Of a DNA stretch of 15,309 nucleotides, positions 13,199 to 15,309 are shown piece by piece; position 1 is the stretch's first letter, and each line of letters opens with the position of its first letter. The notes below the pieces were generated by a model that was given only the letters and a program-made list of their open reading frames with translations, made no database searches and was not told where the DNA came from. The DNA is from an uncultured Clostridia bacterium (GTDB lineage: Bacteria; Bacillota; Clostridia; Christensenellales; Aristaeellaceae), in the NCBI GenBank assembly GCA_937886445.1, contig CALGBY010000127.1, positions 1 to 15,309 of the forward strand, in the 5' to 3' direction. Both the position numbers and the translations under genes were made by a program.

Positions 13199-14473
13199 TC
13201 AGTTTTTCAGGCATCCGATCGGCACGACCATCACGCCGTCGGCCCGTTGATATGCACAGTCTCCAACACCTGTCAGGACCATCATAAAGCTCGGCGCTTT
13301 CATTTTATCCGTGTCGATTTTCGCGCTCAGTGTGAGCAGGCTTGCTGCCCCTTCATCGATCAAATGCCTGCCGCCCAGCTTTATTTCTATCAGGCCGTAA
13401 GCACCGTTTCTCAGGTGAACGACGGCGTCACATTCCAGACCGTCCTTATCACGGTAATGATATACTGAACCACCCAGAGAATCGGCATATACACGAAGAT
13501 CTCTTACGCACAGTGTTTCAAAAAGAAGACCCATGGTATTCAGATCGTTGACCAGATCCTGCGGGCCGATCCCGAGCGCGGCTGCGGCAATGGACGGATC
13601 AACATAGTACCGGTTGTCTGTGCTGCGGATCGCTGTTTTGGACCGAAGGTTCGGATTCCACGCGGGCATATCCTCAATGACAAAGATCGTTTTCAGCGCG
13701 TTGATATAGGAGGCGACTGTTTCTTCGCTGATGGTTCTGTCATTTACGGTTATATCCGCGGCGATGACTGTATTGGGCACTTGCGTTCCCTGGTTTCTGG
13801 CGTAGGATCTCATCAGGCGCTTTACGCGTTCGGTGTTTTTTTGCACACCGTCGGCCCGGTTGATATCAGAATGCACTACACCGTCATAGTAGTTGATCGC
13901 CAGATCAAGCGCGATCTCATCCCGCATACCTATCGACTGAGGCCATCCGCCGCGGCAGATCAGGAAGGCGATACGGTCAATATCCAAAGCGGCGCGCCCG
14001 TTCGGCGCGGATTTTCCGCTGAAAAGGTCTCCGAGGCTTACTTCGCCGGTGGAATCTCCGGATTCATACAGGCTCATGGGGCGCATCGTCAGCCATGAAT
14101 AACGGCCGGTACCGGAGTGGGTGATCTCTTTTGTGCTTGCGGGAACCGCGGAACCCGTTAATATGAACTGACCGGCGGCATGACGGTGATCAACTTCAAA
14201 GCGTATCGCGTCCCATAACTGCGGAGCAAGCTGCCATTCATCGATCAGGCGGGGAGTATCGCCCTGCAGGATGCGCCTGGGGCTCAGATCTGCCAGAGAC
14301 AGGTTTTGTGCTTTTGTTTCCGGGTTATCCATGTACAGAATGCTTTTCGCGATCTGCTCTGCCGTGGTCGTTTTTCCGCACCACTTGGGGCCTTCGATCA
14401 GTACGGCGCCGATTCCTTCAAGCTTCCGGGCAAGTATAGCATCGGCAATACGTGGTCTGTATTGATCCTGCAT
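13199..14473 (-). CDS. Stand-alone AAA+ ATPase of the AAA_14/DUF4143 (COG1373-like) family with a C-terminal PD-(D/E)xK nuclease-like motif
   Basis: Walker A GPKWCGKTT and Walker B RLIDEWQ. The C-terminal region has LFETL...ECDAVV...LIEIKLG, an E...D...ExK pattern. The GGAGG SD (14481-14485) is 7 nt from the ATG at 14473 but only 1 nt from the tracked ATG at 14479, so 14473 is favoured. G+C is visibly lower than in neighbouring genes. Confidence 0.85.
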   Translation of the reverse strand: MQDQYRPRIADAILARKLEGIGAVLIEGPKWCGKTTTAEQIAKSILYMDNPETKAQNLSLADLSPRRILQGDTPRLIDEWQLAPQLWDAIRFEVDHRHAAGQFILTGSAVPASTKEITHSGTGRYSWLTMRPMSLYESGDSTGEVSLGDLFSGKSAPNGRAALDIDRIAFLICRGGWPQSIGMRDEIALDLAINYYDGVVHSDINRADGVQKNTERVKRLMRSYARNQGTQVPNTVIAADITVNDRTISEETVASYINALKTIFVIEDMPAWNPNLRSKTAIRSTDNRYYVDPSIAAAALGIGPQDLVNDLNTMGLLFETLCVRDLRVYADSLGGSVYHYRDKDGLECDAVVHLRNGAYGLIEIKLGGRHLIDEGAASLLTLSAKIDTDKMKAPSFMMVLTGVGDCAYQRADGVMVVPIGCLKN

Positions 14474-14531
14474 GTTCATCCCTCCGTTTCCCGGCTCAGT
14501 ATATCACAGAGAATAGGCGATTACAACATTT

Positions 14532-14623
14532 TTCCGACGATTGGCGGAAATTTATTCCGACGATTGGCGAAAAATCATTCCGACGATTGGCGGAAATTTA
14601 TTCCGACGATCGGCGAAAAACGG
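14532..14623. repeat. Four tandem 23-nt direct repeats (TTCCGACGATTGGCGRAAAWTYA), each containing the short inverted repeat TTCCG-N8-CGGAA
   Basis: Units start at 14532, 14555, 14578 and 14601, an exact 23-nt period. Units 1 and 3 are identical. The array begins about 55 nt upstream of the ATPase start codon. Confidence 0.9.
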
Positions 14624-14671
14624 ACCGGCAATATGAATGTCAAAACGGTCACGGCGGTGCCGGTACGCGAA

Positions 14672-14751
14672 ATATTGAAAAGTGGCAAAATATCGGGCAA
14701 AAACATATTGAAAAGTGGCAAAATCGAAGCCTGAAATATATTGAAAAGTGG
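14672..14751. repeat. Three direct repeats of ATATTGAAAAGTGG(CAAAAT) with an exact 33-nt period
   Basis: Copies are at 14672-14691, 14705-14724 and 14738-14751. They lie between the 23-nt array and the VOC gene start (14845). Confidence 0.9.
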
Positions 14752-14844
14752 ATATTCCCGCGCTGTTCGGGTTTTCCTCTTGCCTTTTGACCGGCGAAAG
14801 GGTATGATATCTGCATCAGAATCCAAATCAAAGGAGAGATCATT

Positions 14845-15309
14845 ATGTCTGCACCCTTGCTTGGCGGAGCGTCTCCGTGCCAGGTCGGCATGATCGTACG
14901 CGATATCGAGGCCTCCAAACAAAAATGGGCGGCATTTCTGGGGATGCCCGTTCCGGCTGCCCGCCCCTGCGGCGATTATGCCGTCTGCAAGACGGTTTAC
15001 CGCGGTCAGCCCGCTCCCGAAGCCAACAGCCTGCTTGCCTTTTTTGACCTTCCCAATATCCAGCTGGAGCTGATCCAGCCAAACGAAGCCTGCTCCACCT
15101 GGCGGGATTTTCTGGATGAGCACGGTGAAGGCGTGCATCATTACGGCTATCAGGTGCCGGATATCTTCAAAGCCATGGAGGATATGAAAGCCGCCGGGTA
15201 TGAGCTTGTCCAGTTCGGCTATTACGGCGATGCCAGCGGCGCGTATGCCTATTTCGACTGCACGGCGCAGCTCGGGTGCTTTATCGAATTGCTGTGCAAT
15301 TTTGGCTAA
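14845..15309 (+). CDS. VOC (glyoxalase/bleomycin-resistance/dioxygenase fold) family protein
   Basis: 154 aa with an AGGAGA SD 7 nt upstream. The pattern QVGMIVRDIE...LELIQP...EGVHHYGYQV...CFIELL is typical of the beta-alpha-beta-beta-beta VOC modules in methylmalonyl-CoA-epimerase/glyoxalase-like proteins. The TAA stop is the last codon of the window. Confidence 0.7.
   Translation: MSAPLLGGASPCQVGMIVRDIEASKQKWAAFLGMPVPAARPCGDYAVCKTVYRGQPAPEANSLLAFFDLPNIQLELIQPNEACSTWRDFLDEHGEGVHHYGYQVPDIFKAMEDMKAAGYELVQFGYYGDASGAYAYFDCTAQLGCFIELLCNFG

Noticed and set aside
14683-14699. TGGCA-N7-GGGCA inside the 33-nt repeat region could be a sigma-54 (-24/-12) promoter.
   Set aside because: The GG-to-GC spacing is two nt longer than the TGGCAC-N5-TTGC consensus geometry, and the -12 element lacks TTGC.
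14306-15141. ORFs across the 23-nt and 33-nt repeat arrays (14306-14734 +, 14452-14790 +) and the ORF antisense to the VOC gene (14575-15141 -).
   Set aside because: Their sequences are translation artefacts of the tandem repeats (IPTIGE / SDDWRKF repeated). They have no SD, and they overlap the better-supported ATPase and VOC genes.

Overview
This is a chromosomal segment from a high-G+C Firmicute. Protein similarities suggest Clostridia, but that is inference only. Most of the window is ordinary housekeeping: a kduI/SDR uronate operon, an orphan Wzy_C (O-antigen-ligase-like) membrane protein, a class A PBP followed by recG, purR, prfC and a VOC-fold protein. Three things stand out. (1) A lower-G+C islet (about 3485-4505) holds only an 84-aa ORF with a near-consensus double-glycine (bacteriocin/RiPP-type) leader and a CxC...CxxC core. 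No transporter, immunity or modification gene is in view. (2) A second lower-G+C islet (about 12750-14840) carries a stand-alone AAA+ ATPase with a C-terminal PD-(D/E)xK-like motif (AAA_14/DUF4143 type). It is flanked on one side by a mosaic of structured repeats and on the other by two phased direct-repeat arrays (4 x 23 nt, 3 x 33 nt). (3) A multi-hairpin intergenic element family has copies at 1-187 and 12757-12905, both just 3' of a gene, and shows compensatory base changes. The AT-rich PBP/purR divergent region contains a strong promoter, a long duplicated-hairpin leader and a PurBox-like operator. I see no rRNA, tRNA, CRISPR array, transposase or integrase. None of the unusual items can be assigned a function from sequence alone.
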